DNA from: the human T2T-CHM13v2.0 reference genome, Homo sapiens
Length of the DNA: 64,000 nucleotides
Reading direction: 5' to 3' (one strand)
Assembly (NCBI RefSeq): GCF_009914755.1
Contig: NC_060942.1
The position numbers were made by a program, and so were the translations under genes. The notes beneath the pieces are model-generated. The model saw only the letters and a list, made by a program, of their open reading frames with translations. It made no database searches and was not told the origin of the DNA. Numbering within the stretch: position 1 is the stretch's first letter; each line of letters starts with the position of its first letter. Of this stretch, positions 1-19,874 are shown in pieces.

Positions 1-2254
<2,254 letters not shown>

Positions 2255-2302
2255 TTATTTTGCTCGTTAGTTGATGCAGTTTCTTCCTAGTCTCCATGGT
2301 CT

Positions 2303-3319
2303 TTACATTTTGGCATGATTTTGCAGCAGCTGGTACCGGTTGTTCCTTTCCATGTTTAGTGCTTCCTTCAGGAGCTCTTGTAAGGCAGGCCTGGTGGTGA
2401 CAAAATCTCTCAGCATTTGCTTGTCTGTAAAGTATTTTATTTCTCCTTCACTTATGAAGCTTAGTTTGGCTGGATATGAAATTCTGGGTTGAAAATTCTT
2501 TTCTTTAAGAGTGTTGAATATTGGCCCCCACTCTCTTCTGGCTTGTAGGGTTTCTGCCGAGAGATCCGCTGTTAGTCTGATGGGCTTCCCTTTGAGGGTA
2601 ACCTGACCTTTCCCTCTGGCTGCCCTTAACATTTTTTCCTTCATTTCAACTTTGGTGAATCTGACAATTATGTGTCTTGGAGTTGCTCTTCTCAAGGAGT
2701 ATCTTTGTGGTGTTCTCTGTATTTCCTGAATCTGAACATTGGCCTGCCTTGCTAGATTGGGGAAGTTCTCCTGGATAATATCCTGCAGAGTGTTTTCCAA
2801 CTTGGTTCCATTCTCCCTGTCACTTTCAGGTACACCCATCAGATGTAGATTTGGTCTTTTCACATAGTCCCATATTTCTTGGAGGCTTTGCTCATTTCTT
2901 TTTATTCTTTTTTCTCTAGACTTCCCTTCTCACTTCATTTCATTCATTTCATCTTCCATCACTGATACCCTTTCTTCCAGTTGATCGCATCGGCTCCTGA
3001 GGCTTCTGCATTCTTCACGTAGTTCTCGAGCCTTGGTTTTCAGCTCCATCAGCTCCTTTAAGCACTTCTCTGTATTGGTTATTCTAGTTATACATTCTTG
3101 TAAATTTTTTTCAAAGTTTTCAACTTCTTTGCCTTTGGTTTGAATGTCCTCCCGTAGCTCAGAGTAATTTGATCGTCTGAAGCCTTCTTCTCTCAGCTCA
3201 TCAAAGTCATTCTCCGTCCAGCTTTGTTCCGTTGCTGGTGAGGAACTGCGTTCCTTTGGAGGAGGAGAGGTGCTCTGCTTTTTAGAGTTTCCAGTTTTTC
3301 TGTTCTGTTTTTTCCCCAT
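2303..3319 (-). pseudogene. L1 ORF1p, 338 codons in one frame with a nonsense mutation at codon 130 (CGA>TGA)
   Basis: ORF-track pieces 2930-3319 and 2303-2863 share a frame; total span is 1017 nt. Confidence 0.93.
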
Positions 3320-3691
3320 CTTTGTGGTTTTTATCTACTTTTGGTCTTTGATGATGGTGATGTACAGATGGGTTTTTGGTGTGGATGTCCTTTCTGTTTG
3401 TTAGTTTTCCTTCTAACAGAGAGGACCCTCAGCTGCAGGTCTGTTGGAGTACCCTGCCTTGTGAGGTGTCAGTGTGCCCCTGCTGGGGGGTGCCTCCCAG
3501 TTAGGCTGCTCAGGGGTCAGGGACCCACTTGAGGAGGCAGTCTGCCCGTTCTCAGATCTCCAGCTGTGTACTGGGAGAACCACTGCTCTCTTCAAAGCTC
3601 AGATGGAAATGCAGAAATCACCCGTCTTCTTCGTTGCTCACGCTGGGAGCTGTAGACCAGAGCTGTTCCTATTCGGCCATCTTGGCTCCTC

Positions 3692-7157
<3,466 letters not shown>

Positions 7158-7229
7158 CCATCCATCTCTTAATCCTTTGAAGATTAAGCAATTTTTATGC
7201 TATAATTTCTTCAAACATCATCTGTCCAT

Positions 7230-8720
7230 CTATCCATTCACCCATCCATCCAAGCACTCATTCCATCAACAACATTATTGTGCATCTACCATGTGCCAGG
7301 CGCTGTGCTAAACACATGAAGTCTTTGCCTTTATGGAGTTTACAGTCTAATGAGGGAGTGAGACAGTAAATGGACTACTAAGTGAATATGAATTCAGGAA
7401 AGTTCCATAAAGGTCAGGGTGCTACAGTGGAAAGTCTCAGGGCGAGGAACTTAGGGTGAACAGAACAGAGAACCTGACTGAAGAGGAAGCATCTGAGACT
7501 TGGTGAGCGGGACCCAGGCCCAGGAAGGCACAGGAAAGAACATCTGCCAAAGCCCTATGGCATGAAAGAGCATGGTGTGCAAGCCGTCCCCAGAAAGGCC
7601 ATTTGTCTGAAGCACTGGGAGCTAGAGGAGTGGCCTGAGATCACGTTAGAGTCACCATAGTTTGAGTTTTTAAAAGATGCTCCTGGTGGCTTCTTAGAGA
7701 ATGACTGAAGAGGGGTAAGAATGGAGGTAGGAGCCTCTAAAAGCTCTTGTGGTTGTCCAGGCAAGAGATTCTGGTGGCTTAGGACCACAGTAGTGGAGGT
7801 GGAGAGGGGAAGAAATGGATGTATTTGAGCTATATCTTGGAAGAACTGATAATACTTGCTGATAGACTGGAGATGAAGAGTGAGGGAGAGGGTAGAACTG
7901 AGGGAAATGCCTGGATTTCTGACTTGAGCTACTGGCACTGAGAAGAACTTGAAGAGGGAGCTGGTTAAGTGGGATATGATAAAAGTTACTGCTCAGGGCA
8001 TGTTTAAGAAGACATCTGTGAGAAAAGTCAAGACGGGAGTTTGCTACAGGAGTCTGGAGGTAGAGACCAGTGCTGGGATGTAAATGTGATGATATATTAT
8101 GTATGTATATATGTATGTACTTTGAAACAGGGTCTCACTCTGTCACCCAAGCTTCAGTGCAGTGGCCCAATCACGGCTCACTGCAGCCTCAACCTCCTGG
8201 GCTCAAACAATCCTCCCACCTCAGCCTCCTGAGCAGCTGGCACTACAGGCACATGCCATCACACCCAGCTCATTTTTCTGGTTTTTTGTTTTGTACAGAT
8301 GTGGTCTCACTATGTTGCCCAGACTGGTCTTGAAGTCGTGGGCTCATGTGATCCTCTGGCCTTGGCCTCCAAAGTGCTGGGATTACAGGCATGAGCCACT
8401 GCACCCAGCCAAATGTAATGGTATTTAGAATCATAGAAAGAAATCGCCACAAATCCAAAAACCAATCCCAAGAAACTCACAGCAGTGGAGCAGCTGCCCA
8501 AGAAGATGAAAAAGAATGGCCTGAGAGGCAGTGGAAAAGCAGAGACATGAACAGAAGTCAGTTCAAGGAGGAGTGGTCAACTGGGTCATGTTTTGGAGAA
8601 GTCAAATAAGGTGAAGACAGAAAGATCTCCACTAGTTCTGGCAATATGAACATAAAGGGTGGCATGAGCAAGAGAACTGTGGCTTAAGTGGTGGCAGCCA
8701 AGTAAGATTAGAGTGAAGAA
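7230..8720 (-). mobile_element. L2 remnant (approximate limits), interrupted by an Alu
   Basis: Reverse complement of the L2 3' end (cattc..caac..attg..ctaccatgtgccaggc) followed by purine-rich L2-like body. Confidence 0.6.
8121..8410 (-). mobile_element. Alu (AluJ type)
   Basis: Diverged dimeric Alu with the J-type ctcctgggctcaa motif. Confidence 0.9.
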
Positions 8721-9615
8721 TGAATGAACCACTCATAAAGTCCTTAAAAAAACTAAGAATAGAAGGAAACTTCCTGACCTTGATAAAGCATTATCTATCA
8801 GAAACCTACTGTAAGCATCAACTTAGTGAGGAACGAATATGAGCATTACCACATTTTATTTCCTCCAGTACTGCGCCAGTGGTCTCAGCACAAGGCAAAA
8901 AGGCAATAAAAATAAATGAGATACTATCTGCATGATTCAAATTAATAAAAGGGTTCCACAAGCTGGCTAGATATATAATATCCAAAAGCTATTCATTAGC
9001 AATAATCAAATGTAAAAGAAAATAGGAAAAAGGTCTCAGTTGGATAACAAAACTACACAAGACCTTTATGGGGAAAAGCGATAAACCTTTACCAAGGCCT
9101 GTGCCAGGAGATGCCCTGGGAAGCGGATTGCTTCAGCTATTGGCGACAATTCCTTCTTCATCTGGAAATTCATAGGCTTGATAAACTATCACTAGTGTTT
9201 CTAGAAGATGGTAACATGTGGCCTTGGTCATTTCATCCCAGAGAAAGTTTATTATAAGTTACAACAAACGAAGAATATGTAAAAAACAAAATGTTCTGCA
9301 AAACATTGTTTTATTATGAGAAATTATACAGGGCTCTTACTTTTTAATATTTTTATGACAGTAGAGGAAGCCTGCTGCTTCTCAGTAAGGATCCCAAACA
9401 ATAAAAGCTGGACTTGCCTGTTGCCACTAGTCCATTATCCCAAACCGTGGGTAGGCCGCTTGTCATCTGCCTCTCTATGACAGAAAGGGGGATGTATGTG
9501 CCACTTCAGCTTTTTAATCAAATGAAGGAAACCATATAAGCAAAGGGTTGAGGAAACAGTGTAGGTACTTATGATACTATTATTTAACATCTAGTATTAT
9601 TTAACATCTATTATT

Positions 9616-10027
<412 letters not shown>

Positions 10028-10221
10028 TTAATCTTAATTAAAATTTCCAGTGGCTCTTTGATGAAGTTAACAAGAATAGGGCCTTGCCCTACTAGATATC
10101 CAGTCTTAGAACAGACAAATAAAGCAATGGAAGTGTTGTGGGGGCATTTTAAAGGGAGAAAATAAAGGATGAAAGATGGCCTTTAAGCTGGGAAGAAGGA
10201 AGTAAGGTTTATACACACAGC

Positions 10222-10612
10222 AGAATATTATTCAGCCTTTAAAAAGAAGGAAATTCTGACACATGCTACACCATAAGGTAGATGAATCTTGAGAACATTA
10301 TATAAAGTAAAGTAAAATAAGCCAGTCACGAAAGGACAGATATTTATAATTTCACTTATGAGGTACCTCGAGTCATCAAATTTATAGAAACAAAATACAC
10401 TGGTGGTTGTCAGGGGATGGGGGATGGGAGAATCAGGAGTTATTGTTTCCATGTGTGGTGACTGAAAAAGTTCTGTTGATAAAAAGTGGGGATGTTTGTA
10501 TAAAAATGTGAATGTACTTAATACCAGTGAATTGTACGCTAAAAAAGGGTTAAGATGGTAAAGTTTATGTAATGTGTATCTTATCACAATTTAAAATTTT
10601 TAAAAATATAAA
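10222..10612 (+). mobile_element. L1M 3'-end fragment
   Basis: gaatattattcagcctttaaaaagaaggaaattctgacacatgctaca, ending in an A-rich tail, typical of an L1MB/MC 3'UTR. Confidence 0.75.
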
Positions 10613-10646
10613 TGACAGGAAAATATTAACTGAAGTTAAGGCAACA

Positions 10647-10652
10647 TTTATT
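10647..10652 (-). terminator. ACAA2: ACAA2 polyadenylation signal AATAAA
   Basis: tttatt on + about 320 nt past the stop codon, followed by U-rich sequence on the sense strand. Confidence 0.75.
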
Positions 10653-10973
10653 TGATTTCCTTATAATCATATTATCTAAGGCAGAAGTGGTGGTTACTTG
10701 GCAAGAATACGATTTCTTTTAATGTCTTCTATAGTTGAGTTTTAGCTCAGAAATACATCATATTTCACTGGTTCAAATCTGAGAGAATGTACTTCTAGCA
10801 TGGGCTCCTATTCATGATCAATGCATTTTTGTGTCACCATGGCTTGATCAAACTTAATCACTGTTTCAATGGCAGGGCATGGCCAGTTGTGGCAGCTGCT
10901 CTGAAGGTCACTTGTTTTACTGTGGCCTGGCCAAGTAGAGTAAGGATGGGTCACAGTGAGCTCACTGGTCTCT

Positions 10974-11058
10974 TCAGGCTGTGCTCTGAATGATGACAGC
11001 AATACCTTGGCCACCTCCAATGCAAGCTGATCCAACGGCATATTTTCCACCTCGACGC
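10974..11058 (-). CDS. ACAA2: ACAA2 exon 10 coding part (RRGGKYAVGSACIGGGQGIAVIIQSTA*)
   Basis: AG acceptor 11060-11059; thiolase CIGGG motif; TGA at 10976-10974; closes a 1194-nt CDS. Confidence 0.97.
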
Positions 11059-12323
11059 CTGAAAAAGAAAGCAGTGACTGAAATCTACTCTAATAAAAAA
11101 TCAGATTAATGAAATAGAACTAATAACATCACATCTGCATTACTCATCCTTATTCAGCTCATCTGCTCAATCTTTTCCCCAGTCCTCAATTTTGGTATAA
11201 TTACAACAGGCAACAGACTTTGGAAAGCTGAAAGTTTTTAATCAAAAAAAACAAAAAACAAAAAACAAAAACAAACACCAGAAGAGGGAGGCAAACTAAA
11301 AAGGAGATGAGTGGATTTAGGGTTATAGAGTAGATTTAGGGTATATGAAACACATACAGAAGCTTGTGTGTGTTACGGGAAAGGAGTGAGAAGAGGAGGT
11401 AACTGGATAAATGGGAAGCTGGGGAAGGGGATGAACATTAAGCTCCTTTGATTTATATATTTGATTTATATAGTGTGAGAGCCTCATGGCACCTTAGAAG
11501 AAATGTAATTAATAAAGTTTGTCCCTATGAAAGGGCAGATAATTTAGAAACTATCCATGTCCCTTTCATAAAAATTAGACTCTTTTAAAGTACTCCTCAC
11601 TCCTAATATGATGACTTCGAGAAAATTATCCAGGAATTACTTTTGTATGTGGCAATCACCTATTTCAACTCAGTGAATCATTAAGTGAAATAAGAGTCAC
11701 ATTTCCCCTGGCCTAACAGGGAGTCAGAGTAATTTTTCAGCCTGACTTACTTGGTTTTGTTTGCAATTTTTCTACAGAGCAAAATATTCCAAAAATAGAA
11801 GAGCTCCTCCTTCTGGTACTATCTATCAAAACTGAAAAGCACCAAACACCCAAAAGGTTCCTCCTGGAACCCTGCAAGCAGTGAAAAGAAAAACTTAGAC
11901 CCAAATGTCAGTTTGCTTAGATTTCATAAATTATGGCATCTAGATCAGTACTCACTCAGTACTTTTTTTTTCTAAAATAGATTTATTTTACTCCTGTAAC
12001 TGGCACTAAAATACAAGTGCCATGAGAAGCAGGGCCTCATTATCTGCTCATGCAGTGAACACAAGCTGAGTGGGGCACACAGTGCACAGAGACTGGACAC
12101 ACAGAGGAAGAGCTTGGTTCTTAAGTGCAAAGCCACTAACAAGGTGACTGACTCATCTATGAGACCAGATGAAAAGCACTGCCCAAGTAACTTGTTCCTG
12201 GTAACAGCCAGTGCAGGAGACATGAAGAAGAATGAAAAATGTTGGAGTGTTCTGGGGAAGCCTAAATCCATGCATTTCTATAAAAAACAGCAAATCTGAA
12301 ATGCAGCTATTTCTAGCAAATAC

Positions 12324-12478
12324 CTTAATTCGTGAACCAGGTGTGCAGTAATTCTTGATCCAGATCCTCCCAGTGGGTGACCCAAAGCAATGGCTCCTCC
12401 ATTCACATTGGTTTTACTTATGTCAAGATCCAAACTCCTCTCAACAGCCAAGTACTGGGGAGCAAAAGCTTCATTCAC
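12324..12478 (-). CDS. ACAA2: ACAA2 exon 9 (VNEAFAPQ...GHPLGGSG...HELR), 155 nt
   Basis: NEAF and GHP thiolase motifs; AG/GT boundaries. Confidence 0.97.
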
Positions 12479-14418
12479 CTTAAAACAAAAATTAGAGCAC
12501 TAACAAAAATCCTTACTCACAAACTAATTTTTAAATGAGAATGGTCCAGTCCTATCAACAGCTAAGTCTGCTGTTTCTTCCTATTTAAATTACCTCGCAA
12601 AGTTATTTTATCTACAATCATTCTGCATAAAGCTATCAGGTTTAAAATGTGTATATTTACTAAATAATACTTTTAGTCAAATGCATCCCTTAGAGGCAAT
12701 TCTCAGTAATCCCATAAATTGACACATACCAGACACAGTGGGATACTGTAGAAAGCCCACAGGTTTTAGAACTGGATGGATGGTTCAAATATTGGCTATA
12801 CCATTTGTTAGGGTGTGACCTTATGCATATTCTTTAAACTCTTTAAATTCACGTTTCCGCGTGTGAAAATGTGACTGTGGTATCATGCTAAGAGTCACTG
12901 TCACAGTTAGATAAAATCATGAGTATTAAGTGTCCAGTGTGTTACCTGAAACATGGCAAGTACTCAATAAGTGGTTGCAAGTATTATTATTATTATGCAG
13001 TACTAGGAGCTATCCTTCCAAGAAGCTGACACACAACAAAGAATAAACCTTCAAAGCCACGTACATAAAGGGAACAGTTACTATGTTGAAATGTGGCAGA
13101 ACTGAAAAGTATATTATGTTATACTTACACAAACTGGCAATTACCTTACTTCAAGTTTACAGTACTGTATTATCATATGATCTTAATTCAGGAATTTTAT
13201 AGATAAGGAAACTCATTCTAAGAAAGGTAACTTTTGCAGAGTTGGGATAAAATTCAGTCTTGTGCTCTTTCCTACTATACTTTGTGGTCTCTCAAGATGG
13301 TGCCTCATATGTGCTTAGATCCACCATTATCTTTCTACTCTATATACAGAGCCATCTTCAAGGAGGTACTAAGAGACCTAGAATAGGTAGTGAAACTAGG
13401 CTTTTGAACCTAGGAAAACTATGGTCTGAGTTATGTCCTTGAGAATGTATACATTTCCAAATGATTATGAACAACTTCCCAAAGTTGATATAGTTTAATA
13501 GTTTTAAATGTGAGGTCTAAAGTGAGAAATTTAGTGGTACCTATTTGCTGACACAAATATAATAAATTAAACAGCCTCTTTGAGGCTCTGAACTGTGATC
13601 TGCTAAAAGTGGAAGAGATTTAAAGATAAACCATTTGTCTGAAATCATGGTTTCCTGTGTGAGAGATTATCATAGAGGAAATCACACCTGTGCCTACCCC
13701 TTCGCTATCAAGTTAAATAGATTTCCTTTGTTCTATTAGTTATTTCCCAGTGCCAGGCATCACATGCTTAATCACCTAAAATTTTCAAATAAATATTCCA
13801 AAAGTGTGGAATGTATATAACCATCTTTAAATGTTTCTCCACCTCTTCTTTTAATTATGCTTAAGACACTTTAGTTCTAATACTAACATTTAAAAAGAAA
13901 TCACTCAATAAATTTAAGTTCCAGTGTCAAAAATTATGATAGGTGCATCCCAAATCAAGCTACAACTATCGTATAAAAGCCAAAGATACATTTAAGGGAG
14001 GGGGCTCTATCTGGCGAGAAGGGCAAGAAACTTGTAGATTTGGCACTAAATATTGCTTTTCTATTATGTCAATTATTTTACATATATTTTTTCACTTTAA
14101 TATTCAACAGGCATGTTAATAGTCTAAAATGTAACAGTTTTATAAAGTAGTAAGAAATTCCCAGGAATTTATACTTGAGTAAGAGAAATCAGGCAGTTTG
14201 AATATTCAAATATAAATAAAGCATGTTAACCAGGTGGGGAAAAGTATCAACACAAGGCATCTAATGAAGGTACTATTTATTTAGATGTACATCATTTGGA
14301 AAGGCTAACTACAATGAAATTCAAAGAGCAATGAGACCAAATTAAAGTCATTTATGCTATAAAAGTACATGGTTTATTCATGTTGTTAAAAAAAAAAAAC
14401 AAAAAAAAAAACACTTAC

Positions 14419-14489
14419 CTCTACCAAATCCATGTCCTTAAGACTCAGTCCTGCTTTCTTCAGTGCCCCACTGATAGCAGGGACAGGAC
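14419..14489 (-). CDS. ACAA2: ACAA2 exon 8 (PVPAISGALKKAGLSLKDMDLVE), 71 nt
   Basis: AG/GTAAGT boundaries; frame continuous with neighbouring exons. Confidence 0.96.
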
Positions 14490-14669
14490 CTATATAATAA
14501 TAAAAATCTTCTATAAAAATATAGAAATAAATGTCATCTTATATTTACGTATCAAGCTTCTCCTTCTTTCCAAGTAAGGAAGAAATAATGCGGCAGTTAT
14601 TAGTAGCCACAAATCTTACTACCTTGACCGTACCTATTAAATGAAGTGACCATAAAGAGGCAGAAAAAG

Positions 14670-14803
14670 GGCCCAGGCATGGTGGCTCATGCCTGTAATC
14701 TCAGTACTTTGGGAGGCTGAAGTGGGAGGATCACTTTAGCCTCCTGGGCAACACAGCAAGACCCCATCTCTAAAAAAGAAAAAAAATAATAATAAAAATA
14801 AAA
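14670..14803 (+). mobile_element. Alu monomer (FLAM-like)
   Basis: Single Alu left arm plus A-rich tail. Confidence 0.8.
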
Positions 14804-16829
14804 TGGAACCAAGGTGAAAAGTTGTTTATACATTCAAACTGCAGATAAGAGAATTACATGAAAAGTTCTACCATAAACGGCTTTAAGATTGAAAACAGCC
14901 AAAGGAGTCCATATATGGGATTTTAGTTATGTTAATAGATTATAATTGATATCAAAGAGCAAGGCAGACTGAGTGCTCTACTTGGGATCCAAGCCATATG
15001 CATTCACAGCACAGAAGTTACTGTGGCTACACTCTGAATTTTCAGGCCCATTTGGATAAAAGACAAGAAATAGCAGTATCTCCACATGGGCACAGAGAGA
15101 TGGGAAACTACGAGGCACTTCAGGGAAGGTTTTATGAAGTAAGGTGATGTTTACAACTCCAAGGGTAGGCAGGAAATTTAAATAAAACATAACTCCTAAT
15201 TTAAGAAATGCAACTCCATCTAATAAGACTTCTGAAATAAACTTTAGCTCCCAGATTTCTGATGATGTAATGAGAGTTTAATATTGCTCATAATTTAAAT
15301 CCATATTTTTTCTCAAAAGGTAAAAAATTTGGGTAGAGAAGATTATCTACTTCTCGACTTGTTCTTAAAGAATGAAACTGCCAAAAATGTCTACAAAGAA
15401 AAATATGTAGTATGTTCTGCTGAATTCAAGTAGTCAAATATTCTGCATCAAGTTTCACAAGCATTTTACCTTATAAAATGGAAAATCAGTCTTTACAAGA
15501 AAGGCATAATGAAACCTAAATATAATATTTATTTTGTCACGTAGTTAAAATACTCTTTGGACAACAAACCACGTGCTTATTGATTAGGACTATCCAGTTA
15601 ATGCACTTCAATTTAAAATGCCAGTTTCATGTGGCTACTGATTTACTACAGCTACTGATTTACTACAGGATCTGATTCCAGATTCTCTTTGTATGTCTAA
15701 AGCATGAAATCATGAAAATGAGATGGGTAGTCAGTAGTAAAGCATCAGTTATCCAGCCTGGTGAGGGGATGAAGTAGCCAACAGTGGTGACAGACACATA
15801 AAAGGTGGACAATGTTCAGACCACTGTACACACTTCCTTGTCTGCATAAACAACACAGCAAGCATGACTCGTACTTTCACTTTAACTCAGAATCCACCGT
15901 AACAATATGCTAGGCCATAACTCGATTTTTAAAGGACTCTTCCCAGACCACTGTTATTTACTGGGACTTCAGGAAGGTTTAGTATTCTTGTTAGGAAAAG
16001 GAGACCTTATTTCTAGTCCTGGTTCCTGTCACTAATAGCTGTGCGACTTTGTGCATCTCTCTGGGCAACAAGCTACTCATCAATAGCACTCTGAATGGGT
16101 TTTCCACCTTTTTCTCTTTAAGCATCAGAATTCTTTTTGCATATGATGCCAAGTAATAGATAATGCCAGACTGCTCCAGCTGAAGAGGCTCAAAGTTCCA
16201 CCCACCAACCTCTACCATTGCCACCCCTGAGGAGTTCCAGGGAGTGCTGTCTTTCTATAGCTGTGTATTTCCTCAGAACCAGTACTATTCTTTTCAAGTC
16301 ATGGCTTTCCCCCTTTTTTTTTGGTCTGCAGCTATTCTGCAGGGCTAAGGATTGCTAGTCATTAGGTAATCATAGAACTGAGAACCACTATTCTTGTAAG
16401 TTAGATTAACAAACCAGTTCCCACTAGATACTTATTAACTTATTCTCCCCACTTATTCATCTGGGATGCTTCAACGAGTTACTTTGTTTAATCCCATCAC
16501 TATATACAAGTGACAGCCAAACTTCTAGATGAAGGGGGCAGCTGATACTGTGGGACATCTGGAATGTACAGCTCTGTTCAAGCCCCGAGGAAAAATGACA
16601 ATCCTACCACAGGAGCATTCTTTGTACTTTAGGGCAAATATTCAGGCCCAGGAACAGAAGGAAGGAAAACAACGCTTTCTTGGTTCACTGGCTATGCTAA
16701 TCTACCAGAACCTATTAAATAAAGTTAAACTGAAAAAGGAGTATAAAATAGCCAACCCATGTCACATACATTTGTTTGATCATCAAAAGCATCTAGGTGT
16801 ATGCAGGAAAAAAACCAACTCTGCTCTTG

Positions 16830-17096
16830 GGCTGGGCATGGTGGCTCACGCCTGTAATCCTAGCACTTTGGGAGGCTGAGGTGGGCGGATCACCTGAGGT
16901 CAGTAGTTTGAGATCAGCCTGGCCAACGTGGAAAAACCCTGTCTCTGCTAAAAATACAAAAATTAGCCAGGCGTGGGGGCGGGCACCTGTAATCCCAGCT
17001 ACTGGGAAGAATGAGGTTGCAGTGAGCTGAGATCACGCCACTGCACTCCAGCCTGGGTGACAAAGCGAGACTCTGTGTCAAAAACAAAAAACAAAA
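16830..17096 (+). mobile_element. Alu (AluS type) with a right-arm deletion
   Basis: TSD aaaaccaactctgctctt on both sides. Confidence 0.93.
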
Positions 17097-18597
17097 CCAA
17101 CTCTGCTCTTGGGCTCCACTCTGGACTTACTGAAACAAAATCTAAGGGTGTGGGGGTTATGAGTGGATTCTGACAATCATCTGAGGTTGGGAACCACTAC
17201 CCTAGATATCAAAATAATAAATGCCATAACAACATACGGATGTTTAATTTTTCCACCACCTTCCATTTCTAAGACAAAAGTTATCTTTTGCCAATAGTGG
17301 ATAGCCAAAAGCTAATAAGCTTAAGATTGACTTTTCATATGTGTCAAAATATCTTGCAGTTCTTGCTGACATAAATTTGAGACACATAGTGAAAGATGAC
17401 AAAATATGAACATGCCAGCTTTTTTTCTTAGGAACTCTATACAGAGATATGTCTTCTCTGAGGGACATGGCAGCAAATATGGTTGAGTATTAATCCCAAG
17501 TCAGTGTAAGTGGTATTGTTTGAGTAGAACCTGTAGGCTTACACTGAAGGATCTCTGAGATGGCAGGTCAGTAACAGGTTATCCTCCTCCTCCTCTCTTG
17601 GAACCCACCTCAGAAAACAATTTAGTTATTCAAAAAAGGGCTAAACAATCTGAAATCTATACCCTAGGGCAGGCTTTTCCTTACAGTGGGAGGTTATATG
17701 TAGGTGGGATATATCAAAGTTACTGAGCACCAAATTTTATTTTTCTAAGTGAGGCACCTAATTGGTTCCCTGTTCCCCCAGAGAATGACAGGAACTATTA
17801 AAATTCAGCATCGTGTGTGGTTCCTAGGAGTGCATCCAGCAAAAAGCTCTTTGTTCTACTTCTAAATCAAATATTTTAAGCCAAGACTATACATGTTTAT
17901 GGACTTCCAAATTTTTTCCAGCTAGCATTTTACCAATCTAATTATAAGTCTTTATTTTGCTAATACTCACCTGAGCAAGAGGAATATTAATTTGACTTCC
18001 TGAGACTATGCGTTTAACTCACAGTGAAGAGAGCACTTGATTTCAGAGAGACTTGGATTCACACCCTGGCTGTCACTTACTGATTTGGAACCTTGTAAGA
18101 CAACCTCCCTAAGCCTCAATTTTCTCATTCACAAAGAAGTCTCCCTTACTGGAGACGTGGGAAGACTGAATGTGTGTAAAACAACCAGCAAGGAGCTGCG
18201 ATACCACCTTCTCCATACAGCCTTCTCTGTTTCACCCCAGGATTTCTCCCATCTCATAATTTCTTTTATCTTGTCAGGATCACGTAATTCTTCTGTTATT
18301 TTCTGTGTTGATTTCTAAACTCTCAAAGGAACAATAAGATATAATTACTGTGTGTTGATTTTTTAAATCTCAAATGGACACTAAGATATGATTACTTCCT
18401 CCATGGAGTTTACACGGTCTTGGTTTTTCTATTGTGTCTAGGACAGTTCTTCATAAAGATTTTTTATTTAAACTGATTACCAATCTTCTTTTCTCTACAG
18501 GTGACCTTGGTTTGGCCACTTTTTTAGGACTCTGAATGCCAAAGAAGACTTACCTCCAGAAATATTATAGAACCAGTTTGTTTTACTATAAACTTAC

Positions 18598-18727
18598 CAA
18601 TACCCATGATAGAGGGATCACATCCAGATACAAAGTAGCCCACAATTCTTGCCAGTGGTGTGAAGTTATGTTTCTTAACAGCATCTTCACTAGCTATGAT
18701 AACAGCTCCAGCACCATCAGCTACACC
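18598..18727 (-). CDS. ACAA2: ACAA2 exon 7 (GVADGAGAVII...CDPSIMGI), 130 nt
   Basis: DGA thiolase motif; AG/GTAAGT boundaries. Confidence 0.97.
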
Positions 18728-19279
18728 CTTGAAAATAAAAATACTAGATTAACTAAAGGCTAAAATAATCCAGTTAATCAAAGTTTGAACTAATGGACTA
18801 GTAGTATTAGGAATATGGCAGTACATAGGAAGCCAGTGCACAGTGTGAGATACAATTAGAAAAGTGGTACTGTGGTGGATGAAGGAGATTTTTTAAGGCA
18901 CAGAATACAACTTTACTAAAGAACAAGGAAAAGGGTGTCAAGGAAAAACTTTTATCTAGATGTGAGTAGATGTAAGAAGAAATACGATAAACTGTATGCA
19001 TGAGAAAAAAAAAAGTTTGAAAACCAAAATAAGCCAGATAGATTTGTTTCTGAAATTTCTTAGTTCTGAAAAAATTAAGAAATCAGAAGAGTATTATATA
19101 AATAAATATGAAAAGATTTTGTGTGGGTCTATGAAAACCTAAATTAATTGAATATGAACACTATTAGTTTAAGCTAAACAACTAAAGACTGGCATAAAAA
19201 GTATTTACAAGATACTTCATGATTACTTTTGTTGAACACACCAGGAAGAATTCAAGCTAATCTGTGTGGTGATACCAAC

Positions 19280-19455
19280 CGATGCATTCCCTGCAGTAAC
19301 AGTTCCATCTTTCTTGAATACTGGAGGAAGTTTCTGTAACTGTTCCAGGGTGGTTTGGGGCCGAGCATGCTCGTCTACCTGCATTGTCTGTTTTCCTTTC
19401 TTTGTCTTCACTTCAATTGGTGCCATTTCATCATTAAAGTAGCCAGCATCATTAG
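19280..19455 (-). CDS. ACAA2: ACAA2 exon 6 ([12 protein letters not shown]...GTVTAGNAS), 176 nt
   Basis: GTVTAGNAS thiolase motif; AG/GT boundaries. Confidence 0.97.
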
Positions 19456-19584
19456 CTGAAAAATAGTAGAGAGACTATCATAAGAATAAAAGAGAGAAAC
19501 ATGAAAATAAATCAAACATATTATTCAATTTAATTTCTGATCTACCTTTTCCTCACAGTCTACTTTAATATTGAGTCTTTATTA

Positions 19585-19874
<290 letters not shown>

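Noticed and set aside
9090-9560. Non-L1 insert with a short open frame (LWDEMTKATC...) inside L1M remnants
   Set aside because: It is too short and I cannot match it to any protein or RNA family; probably a decayed DNA transposon. A Dfam/BLAST search is needed.
10808-11050. 80-aa ORF overlapping ACAA2 exon 10 in another frame
   Set aside because: It has a GTG start and no support; it is an off-frame reading of the last exon and 3'UTR.
15634-15667. Perfect 17-bp tandem duplication gctactgatttactaca (similar ones near 9578-9612 and a diverged 48-bp pair near 18302-18396)
   Set aside because: These are ordinary slippage-type micro-duplications in non-coding DNA with no sign of function.
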